DNA from: Camelus ferus
Taxonomy: Eukaryota
Length of the DNA: 64,000 nt
Direction: 5' to 3'
NCBI RefSeq assembly: GCF_009834535.1
Contig: NC_045697.1
Coordinates: 35,838,001-35,902,000, forward strand
The notes below the pieces were generated by a model that was not told the DNA's origin, did no database searches, and saw nothing but the letters and a program-made list of their open reading frames with translations. A program made the position numbers and the translations under genes. This document shows, one piece after another, positions 39,525 through 52,605 of this stretch; position 1 is the stretch's first letter, and every line of letters begins with the position of its first letter.

Positions 39525-40396
39525 CTGCAAGAAAGAGAGAAATAAAACAATACAATGGTTTAACATGATTTCTGGGAGAAGGAAAGAAAAAATGGAATGC
39601 ACGAGAAAATGTAAGAAACTGTCATAAATTCACAGTTGGGGACTTTCAATAGCAAACAGAATTCCACAGACTTGACAGGGAGACATGATTACATGCATCG
39701 TGAACTGTGAGGGAAGAAAGTCACCCTTCAATCTGTCAACCATAGGGGGGCACTCTTTGAAGAAGCCAGGACTTCTGCTATCAAATGATAAACTGGGGGA
39801 GCTCTTGGGAATAACGTTAATTCTTCCAGGTCAGCAGAGTTTACTTCCTTTAGTGCTACCCTAAGTGGGCTAAAATAGACCATGTCTTTGAGTGTGGAAT
39901 TCTCTCCAGCTGATACTCCTTTACAACAAAATCAAAATACAAAAAAATAAAAATCAATATACAGAACACTTAAGTGTAATATAAAGATTTCCAGGTTTAA
40001 CAGACTGAAAGAATTTTTAAAAAATAATCAATATAAGAAAAATTTGGTGTAACAAAGTAATTTTAATAGAACTTCAAAGTTTATTTGGTCTGTACCAGAC
40101 AGGGCTTTAGTCACAGTAGTAAACAGGATTTACATGTAAATATGACAGCAAAGAGGTCCCATGTCTATGGCTGATCAGTTAACTGAACAAGAACACAGTA
40201 CTCACAAGCCCATGGTCACACCCCTTCGCCCCTTCCAGAGAGGATGGGGAGCAGCAGAATTGAGCTTGGAGAGAAATGAAGGTTGTTTTCAACTCAGATT
40301 ATGGGAAAACAGACCTACTTTAGAAAAACCTACTTTACATACACATCCCAAAATGTCTACGCCCCACCCCAATGATATAATAATCTGCATACCAAC

Positions 40397-40475
40397 CTCT
40401 ACAATGTCATCATCAAACAAAAGCCAGAAACCATGACTTTTCACAATAGTAATATAATGCCCACGATTAGGACCA
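40397..40475 (-). CDS. USP46: USP46 coding exon (exon 8 equivalent), (S)[26 protein letters not shown], with the catalytic His and Asp (His313/Asp329 in human numbering)
   Basis: 79 nt, acceptor TTCCAG|T, donor GAG|GTTGGT. His-box GHY and FDD motifs are present. Confidence 0.97.
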
Positions 40476-40769
40476 CTGGAAAAGAACAAACCAAAGCAAG
40501 TTACCAGGTTAACATTTACTGCTTTATAAAATGCTATGTAGCTCTTTAGATACAGTGATTCACTAGAAAAAAAAACAAAACTCTATCACCAGGACAGAGA
40601 ACTCAGTATAGGTCGTGTCTACGTCCACATTCGTTTGGCCACAACTCATGGAGTAACATCCAGATGCCGATGCTGTGCTGGGCACAAGGGAAAGGTGAGT
40701 AAAACGTTTGTCTCTTAAGCACTCACAACCCACGGGGGAAAACAGACATTCAAATGCAACAAATACAAA

Positions 40770-42040
40770 CTTACAGTTACTGTACACCTATGATGTGCCA
40801 GACTCATTCTGGCTGTGAGGCCAAAAAAAGCAGTGAACAAGACAAAGCCCCCACTCTCTTGAGGTCAGGGTTGGAGAGGTAATAAGCAGGCTATAATATC
40901 AATAGATTTCAGGTGGTGCTAAGTGCCGGGAGGAATAAAGCAGAGTCACGGGGTGGTGAGTGACAGAGAGAAGCACTACTCGATACAAAGTGATGACAGA
41001 AAGCCTCTCCGATAACATGAAATTTTAGCAGAAGAAAATTTCCCTGAAGGAAAGAGGTGAGAGTATGTGTGTGTGAAACAAGTCATGTGACCATATGAGA
41101 GAAGTTTCAGGAAGGGGTAAGAGCAAGTGTGAGGGGTGAGAAGGGGCGGGAAGAGCTCTCGGCGTGTTCACCAAACATCAGGAAGCCAGAGCCCAGCGGG
41201 CCCGGGGCGTGGAGGAGGGGAGGCGAAGGGGGTACCGTGGTTAAGATTCCGGACTTCTCTGAGAGTGAGCCAGGAAGACGCTTGGGAATTTTGAGGAGCG
41301 ACATAATGTGTCTGAAGTTTTAGAGGATGTTAAACCATAATAATAACAAATAGGAAAACAGAGAGTTACATTATTACACGCTATTAAAAAAAAGCAGGAG
41401 GAACAACTACACAGCAGTTACTGTCATCAGATTTGCACAACTGAGAGGAATTTAACTGTAAATCTAGAGTTTTGGGTTGTTTTTTCCAATGCACCATCAA
41501 AGTGAAGCTGTATTTGCCTTTCTTTAAATACAAGATGACCCACAGGCTCTGTTCCTGCCTTTCTCCAACCTCACCCGGCCACCCCTCCCCTCCAGCCCAC
41601 TTGGCCTCGTCTGTTCACACACATCACCCGCTCCTGCCTTGGGCTTTGCATTTGCCGGAAATGCCTGAAATGGTCCCCCCGCCCCCGCCCCACGTTTGTA
41701 CTCTTGGCCCTTTTTATCCCTTAGGCCTCCGCTCAAATGTCACCTCGGTAGAGAAATCTCTGCCGACCACCTTCCCTGGAGAGGTGCCTCCCGCTGCTCT
41801 CTGTCATCGCCCTGTTTCTTCCTCAGAGCGCTAATCAAGATAATCAGTTACTTGGCAGTGGTTTTCGGTGGTGGCAGGCTGGTGCGTTTACTTGTTAATT
41901 ATCTGTCTTTCCTGCTAGATCCTCAGCTTCATGAGGGCAGGGCCCCTGTGAGTCTTGCTCACTGCAGTACCTTCAGATCCTGCCACAGAACCCAGGAAAT
42001 ACGGGTTGAAAAATATTTGCAGGAGAGATCAATGAATGAG
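40770..42040. mobile_element. L2 fragments in opposite orientations (~40770-41330 and ~41560-42040)
   Basis: CACCTATGATGTGCCAGAC..GTGAACAAGACAAAGCCCC; CTCAAATGTCACCTC..GCTTCATGAGGGCAGGG..ATGAATGA. Confidence 0.65.
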
Positions 42041-42646
42041 GCTGTGCACCCAAGGCAACAGTGGGCCAGGAGGTCCCGGCATGAGAAGGGAGCGCTCAGT
42101 TCCCCAAACTTGGAGCTTCCCAGTGCCCACGGCCGGAAGCCACCTGATCCCTGTGCATGGGCAGCCCCGCTCTGTGTATGAGAACAGCCCCACCTCTAGC
42201 GGGGTGGAATTTAGTATATGTACTGCCAAAGCGAGCACTCTAGCAGGGAGGAATTTAAAGCATCCTCGTGAGTAGCATGCATGACTCGGCACCAGCTCTC
42301 CCTTGCTCCCAGGGCTGCTCTGACCTTGGGCGCCCATTAAAGAAGCTGACCATTCTTGAACCCCACCTCCCACTCGTCCCCCAGTTCTCATAAGTGGATC
42401 TCTGCCTCGTCCTCACCAGTGCCCCCAGGGATTAGAGTTGGCACCAGAGAGATCCATTCTGAAACCCCCTGTGGTCCCCACATCCCAGGGTGCTCTGCTT
42501 CCTGTCACCCGTCCACCCCGCCCACCTTGGCCACCAGGGACCCTCCAGGTACCAGGCTCTGCCTGCCCCAAGACCTCCTCCCAGCCCAGTGTTCACGGCT
42601 AGTTTCCAGATCACTGGACCCCATATTCTTTAAAAGACTAACTGTT

Positions 42647-42794
42647 GGGGGAGGGTGTAGCCCAGTGGTAGAGTGCCTGCTTAGCGTGCATGAGGTCCTG
42701 GCTTCAATCACCAGTACCTCCATAAAAACAAACAAACAAACACACCTAACTAATAATAAATAAATAAATAAACCTAATCACCCCCCCAAAAAAA
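42647..42794 (+). mobile_element. Camelid SINE (vic-1 type), intronic
   Basis: tRNA-Ala-like head, CCTAATCACCCCCCC and A tail. Flanks AAAAGACTAACTGTT / AAAAGACTGTT. Confidence 0.88.
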
Positions 42795-43680
42795 GACTGT
42801 TAGACACATTCTTCAGGGGAAATACAAAGGTAGCTTAAAACTGACCAATAAATACAGCTCTCTGAGAATGTAAGAAAACAACCTGTGACTTAAAGCTACT
42901 CTGCACAGAACAAAAATGAGGTGTTTCAGATGTGAAGTTACAGATTCTGATACCACCCACCCAGTATGGCAAAAAAATCAATCCATCCATTCTTCCACAC
43001 GGAACCACATATCCTCTTGGTAATGGTCTGTTCACCAAGATGGGATCCAGGTGGATGGAGAGGAGAGGACGCCTGCTTGGTGACAGGCCCCAATCTAAAG
43101 CCTACAAGCCGGAGAGAGCCTGCTGATCCCAGGGAGGGGACACAAACGCCTCTCAGCCAAGCGAAGGATAGTGAACAGGTGAATTTTCAACAGACTTTTG
43201 CATGCTTACACCAAATTATGAAATAAAAAATATTTCTTCAGAGACTTTCAGCAAAATATTTTGTTTCTCCAAATTTAAGAGAAGCTTCCAGTCTTTATTC
43301 ATACATCTTAAAATACTTTTGAGATCCTACTATATACGTAACCTGGTTTTTAACAAATTAAAATCATAGCATAAACATTTATTTCTCCATGTTATTTCAA
43401 ACTCCTCCTAAGTATCATTTGTATCCAATGGAGATTAAATTATTTCCCTTGTGATAGAACATTATGATGATGATGCATTTATTTTTTATTTTTACTTTAT
43501 TATTTTATTTTATGATGTATGTTTAGATTTGTTTAGAGTTGATAAACAGACTGGAGCTTGGAGGCGATCCCCCTAAAGCACCGTTACCACTGAGCCTCAC
43601 CCCCCAGGAAGGGCGTGGCGGGGTCTGCTCTGGCCTGGGGACGGCACTTCCCTCGCGCACCCCGCTCCCGCCGCGCTCAC

Positions 43681-43878
43681 CTGCCACAGTGAACCACCAC
43701 CGCGACCAGGTCGTACATGCGGTCCAGGTTCACCGCGTCACTGGAGGTGTTGAAGAGCCGGAGCTCCAGCGGGAAGACCACGCGGTAAGACAGCTTCGTG
43801 TACCTGTGCAGCTGCTCCATGTACTTGAATCGCTTGAGGTGCAGGGCCAAGATCATGGGCAGCTTTTTTACTCTCATC
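43681..43878 (-). CDS. USP46: USP46 coding exon (exon 7 equivalent), [17 protein letters not shown]...[11 protein letters not shown](S)
   Basis: Matches ORF track 43677..43877. 198 nt, acceptor TTAG|G, donor AG|GTGAGC. Carries the USP-family LxLHLKRF and YDLxAVVVH motifs. Confidence 0.98.
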
Positions 43879-45251
43879 CTAAGAAACCATGAAGTAGAGA
43901 ATCAGTGGTACCTAACCCTGTGAGGGGAACAGGATACACCGCTGCCTGCACAAATGGAGAGCAGGAGAGGGTCCAGCAAATTTCAAACCAGCAAACAGCC
44001 AAACTGCTCACAGGAACAGAAGTACGTTCGCTTATGCAGAGCTGACTTCTCCTGCAGACTTAGCTAACCGGAGCCCAGCCAGCAGAGAAAAGGGCAACAG
44101 GGGAAACTCTGCTCAAAGAGACATCGCAGAACTTTTGTACCAATAAAACTATGCTGTGCAACTCCACATCACTGCCCTCTGCCTCCCAGGGAGGAACAGG
44201 ATTTGGTGGATCCCCCCAAAGAAAAAGGAGGTTGAGGACAAGCAGAAGGGTGCGGTCTGGCTGCACAGGTTCTGAGGACGGACCGGCAGGGAAACCTGAG
44301 ACACAGCCCGCTGCAGGCCAGCAGATAAGACAGCATGCTGGGCCCACACTCCCTCCCCTCCTGTGCCCCTGGGCAAGTTCTTTCCCTTCTCTGGCTCTCG
44401 GTTTCCTCACCTGTAAACACAGGGGTTGGCTTAGGGCTATATTCCCCAAAATGGGTTCATGAGAGCACTGGAGATGTTAACGGATGTGAGGTTTCTGGGG
44501 CCAAGTCTGGACAATGCTCACCCCTGAAGGCTTCAGACGGCAGGAATGAGCCTCTGTGAGTTACCTTGAATGTGCCACAGCCACGGGCAGGGTAAATTTA
44601 ACTCACAATAGGGCTTCCCAGGATAATTAAAATGTCAAGTTTTTTTTGGCTTCTGGGGGCAGGACACAGGCAATGGCTGGTTATCTCAGATTGTCTAAGA
44701 GCTGTGACTGGCTAGTGCTGGTGAACATGGGCAACCTCAGGTTCTGCAGCAACTTGGAATGGGGCAACTTTCTTATCACCTACCCAGAGAACCGATGTTA
44801 CTGATTTCTTCGTGATTCCTTATTAAACATTTGATTTTTTTTTTAACCTCTTACGTCTTTTAAATAAGAAGTTCCAATGTTGAGGCAATACTAACAACAC
44901 TATCAGGTGGTCACTATGTGTTATGCATTATGCTAAGTCCTTTTTGTAATTCCCCTTTAATTTTAAGAGGAGAGTGATCATACCTGCTCACCATTTGTTC
45001 ACTCAGCAGGAGTACCTGGCACACTGAACAAACAAATGAACAGAATGATGGACGAACAATCGGACGAATGGGTGCACTCCCCCAGGTTGGCATTCTTACC
45101 CTAATTTTCCAGTGAGGAGGGTAACTGACTTCTCCAAAGCTACTTGGCAACAAGCCCGTGGGACTGGGACTCACAACCAGATCTGTGCAGCCCCAGTCTG
45201 GTTCCTTCTGACTACACAAAGCCACCCTCCGAGGCTAAACCCTTCACTCAC

Positions 45252-45335
45252 CTTTTCTGGGCCTCCTGTTTGCTGCAGCATGTTTCACAATAATATTTCT
45301 GTTCACTGCACAGTGTTTCTGTGTTGCTGAAGTCT
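45252..45335 (-). CDS. USP46: USP46 coding exon (exon 6 equivalent), (R)[27 protein letters not shown](R), with the Zn-finger CxxC
   Basis: 84 nt, acceptor TTTGCAG|A, donor AG|GTGAG, phases match neighbours. DFSN, SEQK and ETCCS distinguish USP46 from USP12. Confidence 0.97.
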
Positions 45336-46219
45336 CTGCAAAGAAAAATATTTTCAACTTAAAAGAGGTCCAATGTGTACTCGGTTTACCATGTTTGAAA
45401 CTCTCTATTACCTGCAGGGTAATGTTTAAGGGAATGTGGGGAAAGAGGTGAGAAGAAAAGAACCTTTTTGGGAGCAGGTGCTGTGATGCCAGCAGAGCAC
45501 GTGCACCGGGCTGGGCTGACTCCACCACGAGAGATTTTCAAGGACAGCTTTATTTAATGGAACAGAGAGATCTAAATTAGGGTTTCCAACTGATTCAGAG
45601 AAAACCTCAGGGTTTAACAGAGAATACCTGCAAACGGAGATAAAATTACAACAGAAAAATACTAACTACAGTAAAAAGCCCACCATTAGAGTGAGAGTCG
45701 AGTCCAAAAACGTCAATCACACAAAATGCAAGGTGACATTATTATGCAGTTAATGACAAACAGTATGTCTCAGGTGGTCTCTATTTTCCAAAGAGCACAA
45801 AAGATGATAAAATTTAAGCCATATTCAATGGCCTTCACTTTGAACTAAGAAAGTCCCAAATTCCCAGATGGCTGCTTCCTGCCACTGCCTGCCCCCACCT
45901 CCCCACATGCCGGGAGGTAAGAGCTCAGCCTGCCTCCTTCTGAGAACAAAGGCCATTGTGAGGTGACATCCATGTCAGGCGGTTTTACTGGACTACTTGT
46001 AGTTTTCATTTTTAAAATGTCATAGCTTCTCATTCTTCTCTGGTCATCGAGTCTACTTAACATTCCTGTGGTACTGCTTCAAAGGCTGAAAAAACAGCCA
46101 GAATACAGTAATACCCTCGAGTCCTGAAAAAGTCTTTCCTTACTCACAGGGAGTGTCCTAGCACCAGAATGATCAGACTTTATTAAACAGCAAATGCTAT
46201 TTACATGGTGTTAATGACT

Positions 46220-46800
46220 CAGCCATTGAAACAGGGCTTAGCAAAAGAAAACATAGATCGTTCGTTCATCACATGCCTCAATGTGGACTGGGAGTGCCCT
46301 GTGCTAGGTCTTCAGAGAACGCCTGCCCTCACACAGCTCACAGTCTACTGGAGACACAGGCAGTGAGCCATTTACACCATTTAGTGTGCACCGCAGGTCA
46401 AACAAACCATTTCACACAACTGATTCCCCCATCTAAACCCCTTCAGTGGTTTCTCAGTGCACGGAGGAATAAAATCCCAATTTCCTGCCGTAGCCAACCG
46501 GCTGTGTGTCCTCAGACCCTGACTGCTCTTCCGACTCACCCCCTACCCAGCCCCACCTCCACTCTGCTCCAGCCCCACTGGCTGTGCCATGCCCTCCTGC
46601 CTCAGGGCATTTGCAGGGCATCTGCATCGGTAGCTCCTTTCCAGATGCTTCCATGGCTGGCCCAGAGCTCAGCCTAAATGTCACCTCTTTGGGGAGGACT
46701 TCCCCAGCCACTCTCTCCAAACCCATCCAGCCCCTGTCCTATTGCTGTCTTGCTTTCTTCTGAGCATTTACCACTATCTGAAACCATCCTCCTAGTCATT
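46220..46800. mobile_element. L2 fragments
   Basis: CTCCACTCTGCTCCAGCCCCACTGGC..CCTGCCTCAGGGCATTTGC..CTAAATGTCACCTC. Confidence 0.6.
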
Positions 46801-47629
46801 GGATTACCAAGAGTCAGAGAAACTTAAGAGATAAGCATTTGACATGGATTTGTGATGGGGCTATATATAAACCTAGCACACAGAAGAAGTTTCTCAAAAT
46901 GAACAGAAAAGACATTTAAAAAAAAGAAGAAAAGTAGTTTTAAAAAGAGAGCTTGTGGAGAATTAAAAGGCTACTTTCTCCTAATACCTAGCTGCCCTCC
47001 CCGACACTGGGAGAATGGGAATTTTTAGTAAGAGGAGGACAGAGGAAGAGGAAAGTGGTTTCAGAACACATAGCACTTGGAGGAGAAAGGTAAGTTTCTG
47101 TGCAGGAGCCACAGGGAGGGACTAAGGCACTGAAGTGGAAAGCAAAAAATACCAAAAGGGCCATGGAAGGATTATTAAGATAAACTTCACGTATTTTAAG
47201 TTTTGCCTGAGGCCATCCCTGAACTTTTCAAAAGAAAAAAATTTTCTCAGTCTCCTATGATAGAGGGCTCATGCTGCCTAAAACATAGTGCTGAGATTTG
47301 AAATGTCAGAATTACAGCTCAGCTACAATACGGATTTCATGGCTTCTCTAGACCTGTATCCTAAATTAACCACTATTTATTTCATCATTTCTCTGGGACT
47401 GAAGTGCATTGAAAATGTACTGTAATTGATCACCAAAATCCCTTCTGGAAGGAGGCGCCAGAGATCTTACATTTAAATCCTACAATTTTAGCTTGATTTT
47501 TTAACTCTTTTCAAAATCAAAATAAATGATAGATTAAAACATCACATCAGAAGCAACAGGCAGGCATGATGTTAAAGAAGAAAATTCATCATTCTAATTT
47601 GAGAAGCAAACCCTCAAGAATGCAAACCA

Positions 47630-50452
47630 GGGGAAGTGCCAGGACGGCAGAGTGGAGACTCACAGCTCACCCTCTCCCACTAATACACCGAGAATTGCAT
47701 CTACAAACCCAATGAACTGCACAGAACACCTACTGAACTCTGACAGAGTGTCTCTCGCTTTGAAATACAGGATTCTCACAAAATCTGGTAAGAGAAAAAG
47801 AGAAAGAAAAAAGAAAAAAATCAGTGTGGGACCAGTCCTGCAGGGAAGCAAAGGAAGAAAGGCACCCTCATGCTGGGATACCCCTCTCCCGCCAGGAGGT
47901 CAGCGCGGACAGAAGTGGAGCTTCCGAGGCTCCAAGGAGAAAGTGGCAGCCGCTTGGCAGACAGAACTAGGAGACACTGGCACTGAGGGCCCCTGCAATG
48001 CCCAGCCCTAGACACAAGCCAGCAGGGACGAGCGGACACTGCCTGGTGGAGATCGGTGACGAGCCCAGGGAGAGGGCTGGGGCCCACTATACCAAGGCAG
48101 CCACAGGGGACTGGAGGGCGGTGTGAACTCTGGCTGGGGGTGTATGTGAAACAGAACAGCCTGCGACCCCCATAAAAAAGCACCATTGCTGTTGTGCATG
48201 GGGGGCGGGGGGCCCAACACAGCCACACCAGAGCCCCCGTTTTGTCTCCGCTTGGCTCCATTGTTGAGGAGAGGTGTGTGAAGGCGGGACTGAAAGCTGA
48301 ATCCATACCCTGTGGCCTTGCAACTTCACAAGTGGGACTGAGATTTGTTTACAGCCCCAGGCAGAGAGGGTGGATTTCCTCTCTCTGGACCCTCTGGGAC
48401 AGACAGGCAGTGAGTGCAGTTCTGGCACACAGCAGGGGCGAATACGGGTATTTACAGCAGGCTGGCCTGGTGGCTGGGCTGGGGTCTGCACTGACCCTGT
48501 GGCACTCCATGGGTTCAGGTGTGTGACCGCACGCTCGCTAGGCGGGCCCTAGTGCCTGACATTGGCAGATCTGCGCTGGTGGTTCTTGGGGCCCAGAACT
48601 TGGGGGACACCAGAGTGGGTGGCCGACATTCCCGCAGCTTAGGCGGGGCACAAAGGCAACATGAACAAAGAGTCCTTTCTAAGCCTTATAACAAGTGACA
48701 GTCAGCACCACAAAGGGCACTTCCCAGTGGACATCTCAGCTTATTCTTCCCAACTGGAGAGCTCCAACCCTGCCTACTACACACCACAGCTCAGAAATGG
48801 GTCTAGAAGGCCACACAGCCAGAGAAATGTAAGTAAAGTGAATCAGCAGAGGAACCACTCCCAACTAAAAGAACAAGAGAATTCCCTGAAAGAACGATCA
48901 ATGAAATAGACCTCGATAGTCTATTAGATCATGACTTCAAAAAGGGGATGATCGATGCAATGAAGGAGCTAAAAGAGACCATCAATAGAGACAGAATACT
49001 TTAAAAAGGAAGTTGAAACTATACAGAAGAGCCAATTAAAAAGAGAAAATTCAATTGCTGAGGTAAGAGCTGAGCTACAGGCAGTAAAAAGCAGACTAGA
49101 TAATGCAGAGGAACGAATAAGTGACTTAGAAGACAGGATAACAGAAATCACCCAGTCAGAACAGCAGACAGAAAAGCAAGTAAAAACCAATGAAAGCAAT
49201 ATAAGGGACCTATGGGATAATATAAAGCGTGCCAACCTACACATAATAGGGGTCCCAGAAGGGGAAGAAAGAGAAAAGGGGATTGAAAAGGTGTATGAAG
49301 AAATCATGATTGAAAACTTTCCAAACCTAAAGAAGGAAACAAATACCCAAGTACAGGAAGCACAGAGGGTCCCAAACAAGAACCCAAACAGACCCACACC
49401 AAGATATATTATAATTGAGATAGCCAAAGTTAAAGATAAAGAAACGATTCTAAAGGCAGCAGGAGAAAAAGAGTTAGTTACAAGGGAACCCCATAAGGCT
49501 TTCAGCTCATTTCTCTACACAAACACTGCAGGCCAGAAGGAAATGGCAAGATACATTCAAAGTTCTGAATGAGAAAAAGCTGGAACCTAGGATACTCTAT
49601 CTGGCAAGACTACCCTTTAGAGTAAAAGGAGAGACAAAGAATTTCACAGACAAGCAAAAACTAAAAGAATTCAGCAATACTAAACCTATGCTAAACAAGA
49701 TATTGAGAGATCTACTCTAAATAGAAAAGAAGCAAGAAGCTATAGAAACGAGAAAACCATAATTGGAAATGCGGTAACTACAATGAGTTGCAAGAGAATA
49801 AACATGAAGATGCTAAAAAAAAAAAAAAAGGACATCAATATCATAAAAGGTGGGAGTGGGGAGAAAGAAAACATAGATTTTCTCTCTTTTTTTCCTTCAT
49901 TCTTTTTAGGATGTAGTTTGAGCCTACATGACTACCAGTCTAAAGCAAACAGATATACTAAGGGGTTAACATACTTGAAAAATAGGGTAACCACAAATTA
50001 GAAATATACAATAGAGTCACAAAAACCAAAAAGAAACCAAGCTAATACAAAAGAAGATTATCAAGTCAGAAAAATACCACATGATATCACTTATATGTGG
50101 AATCTAAAAATAAAATAAAATAAAATAAAGACAAATGAACTTATGTACAAAACAGACTCTGACATAGAAAACAAACATGATTATTAGGGACGGGGAAGGG
50201 GATTGGAAGGGATAAATTGGGAGTTTGAGATTTGCAGATGCTAATATATGTAAAATAAACAACAAGTTCATACTGGACAGCACAGGGAACTATATTCAAT
50301 ATCTTGTAGTAACTTACGGTGAAAAAGAATATGAAAATGAATATATGTATGTTCATGTATGACTGAAGCATTGTGCTATACACCAGAAATCGACACAACA
50401 CTGTAAACTGACTATACTTCAATAAAAATATATATAAAGTTAAAAAAAAAAG
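47630..50452 (+). mobile_element. L1 derivative: 5' UTR, decayed ORF1, spacer and 3' UTR, with ORF2 essentially absent; TSD-flanked
   Basis: L1-like start GGGGAAGTGCCAGGACGGCAGAGT. TSD GAATGCAAACCA at 47618-47629 and 50455-50466. The 3' end closely resembles the L1 at 61120-61503. Confidence 0.9.
48838..49720 (+). pseudogene. Frameshifted L1 ORF1p
   Basis: Reads QRNHSQLKEQENS...SRLDNAEERISDLEDR...LWDNIKRANLHIIGVPEGEERE...ENFPNL...QEAQRVP...PTPRYIII...ILRDLL* across several frameshifts. Confidence 0.9.
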
Positions 50453-52605
50453 AGGAATGCAAACCAAATTAAAGCATTAAAACGGGCCAGAAAAGATTAG
50501 AATCATTTCCTCTTTTGTCTCAAACAGAAAAAGCTCAGGATCAGCCGGCATCATCTATTCCTTGGGCTTTTCTCCTGCACTTGGTTCTTTTGGGGGAGGC
50601 TGGAAAGCTTCCACCCCCACCACGGAACTCTCAACAGTGAGCAGCAGCAGGCAACGCCCAGCAGACCTCTCTGCATTTCTGTTGGGCAGGTGAGCTCTAA
50701 GGCATATATGAGGGCAGGTCTAGGTGAGTCAGACAAGGTCTAGTATAAGGATGATGTAAAATGGGTTGGGGTGGGGCCTTCAGGAATATCAGTCCAATCA
50801 GAGGAGAATCTGATGTTGCGGAAAAGGCACTCTGAGGCTATTCTGTATCCACCCTTCCCAGCTTTAACATCTCGAAGTACCTCCAGCCTCCTTCATCAGG
50901 TATGTATCACCAATATAGACATTTCTCCAGGAAAAAAAAAAAAAAGAAAAAAAAAAAGGAAACATAATTCTGGGCCACATTTGTTTATAACAAGGTTCCC
51001 CAAAGGTTGAAATTATAACTAAAATTAGCCCTTTACCTGGTTGGTCTCAAAGCTACAGCAACTGCCATCTGCCCTTTTGAACAGCTCAGGGATTTCTTAG
51101 ATGGGAGGAGAAGCAGTCAGCCTCCTAACTCCAAATTCTCCTTAACTCCCCTTCTCAAAGAAGGAGAATGGGGAAGGAATACCTTTCCTCCCATTCCTGC
51201 ACCTACGACCAGTGTTGGCACAACCTTAACTTTTTCTACTCCCTGTGACCACAAAACATCGGGGAAATTGAAAATGGCTTCTTTTTCACAGGAATATCAG
51301 GAGCCCACGCCATAAAGAGAACCACTCAGGAGAAAAAGGGCCATCCTGACCTACAGCACACTTTGCAAACAAAGAGATAACAAATGTGTCCTACACACCT
51401 GGACCCAAGGAATTTGAGACAAGGACTGAAATGCCAAACCAACAGGAGGCACTAAGGTAACTATGGGGTGTGGGGGCTGGCTCAGACTCCTGGGGATCGG
51501 AGAGCAGTCAGCCCCCAGCTTGCACAATACATGACACCCGATGAACCAAGAAGCTCTTCCAGGTTTAAGTCGGTGCCTTTGCCCTGAAAGATGACTTTCT
51601 GACGGTCAACGGCCACAGCAAGTCCCTGTAGTCCGTGCTAAAGAGTTCTAAGTGAACCGAACTCCTGCTAGAACAACTCTGTCACCCAGTTCCCACTGAT
51701 AAAAACAACACTGCCTTGTTTTGACACGATAAAACGTCTCTGAGCTGGGGTATCCTGAGCAGTGGGGAGGCCGGCCCTGACCACTCAGTCCACACCGGCG
51801 CCCCCACTACCAGGCACTCTCCTTCAAAGCGTGGGTCCCCGTCCGAGGAGTCCCACTGGAATGTAAGTGCTTGTGAGATGTGTCTCCAACCCTCCCTCCT
51901 CTACTTCCAGCGTCCAGAACAAGGCCAGGCTAATTTTAAGTGCTCACAATGCCCTGTTGAAAGGAGGAGAAGGCAGTAAGGACAGGACAAGGGAATCGTG
52001 TCTTTATATTAACTCTGGGCACGTTTTCAGCACACAAGGCAACATGCAGTACCTGCAGTGATCCCGGCTGTGTGTCGTGCTTACCCTCCTGGCTGCTTAT
52101 CTCCCCTCACCTCTCATGGGGACGAAGTTTTGTCCATGAATGATCTCCACACAATGCTAAAGGACGGAGGGGAAGGCAATGCCCTCATCGGTTCTCAGCT
52201 CAAAAGGGCATAATTTTTGAAATAACACATTAGCTTAGGAAAAGAAAGTTAATGGTGGGCATCTGTAGCACTTTTCAACTTCATTGTGTGACTCTGTGAC
52301 TGTGTCTGTGTGTGAGAGACTGATGGAGGCCAAAGTATACATCTGTATTAAAGATTAAAAACTTATTTTAAACATAATGACTAATGACTTCCACTTGATC
52401 CTCTCTCTTCTCAGCAGGACTCTTCTCCAGACCACATATACTTATTTTTAATCTCTCTTGGGAAAGAAGAAATAGAAAATAATAGGATTATATTGGTTTA
52501 ACAAAAAGGAAGATTATCTCCTGAAGAAATACAGGATTTTTTTTCTCCTACTTACTTACTAGCCTGATCAAAAGCTCAGACCACAGTCAGAATTCATGAG
52601 GTTAC

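Noticed and set aside
42189..42207. Second CTCF-like motif (CCGCTAGAGGTGGG on -); also REST half-sites near 17524 and 23226
   Set aside because: Key positions are mismatched and only partial matches are present.
41472..42763. Overlapping 120-161 aa ORFs
   Set aside because: They lie in GC-rich L2/SINE intronic sequence, show no recognisable domain and are of chance-level length.
47652..49427. ORFs of 110-161 aa on both strands, including a hydrophobic 152 aa minus-strand ORF
   Set aside because: These are by-products of the L1 5' UTR and the antisense of A-rich ORF1. There is no evidence for an ORF0-like gene.
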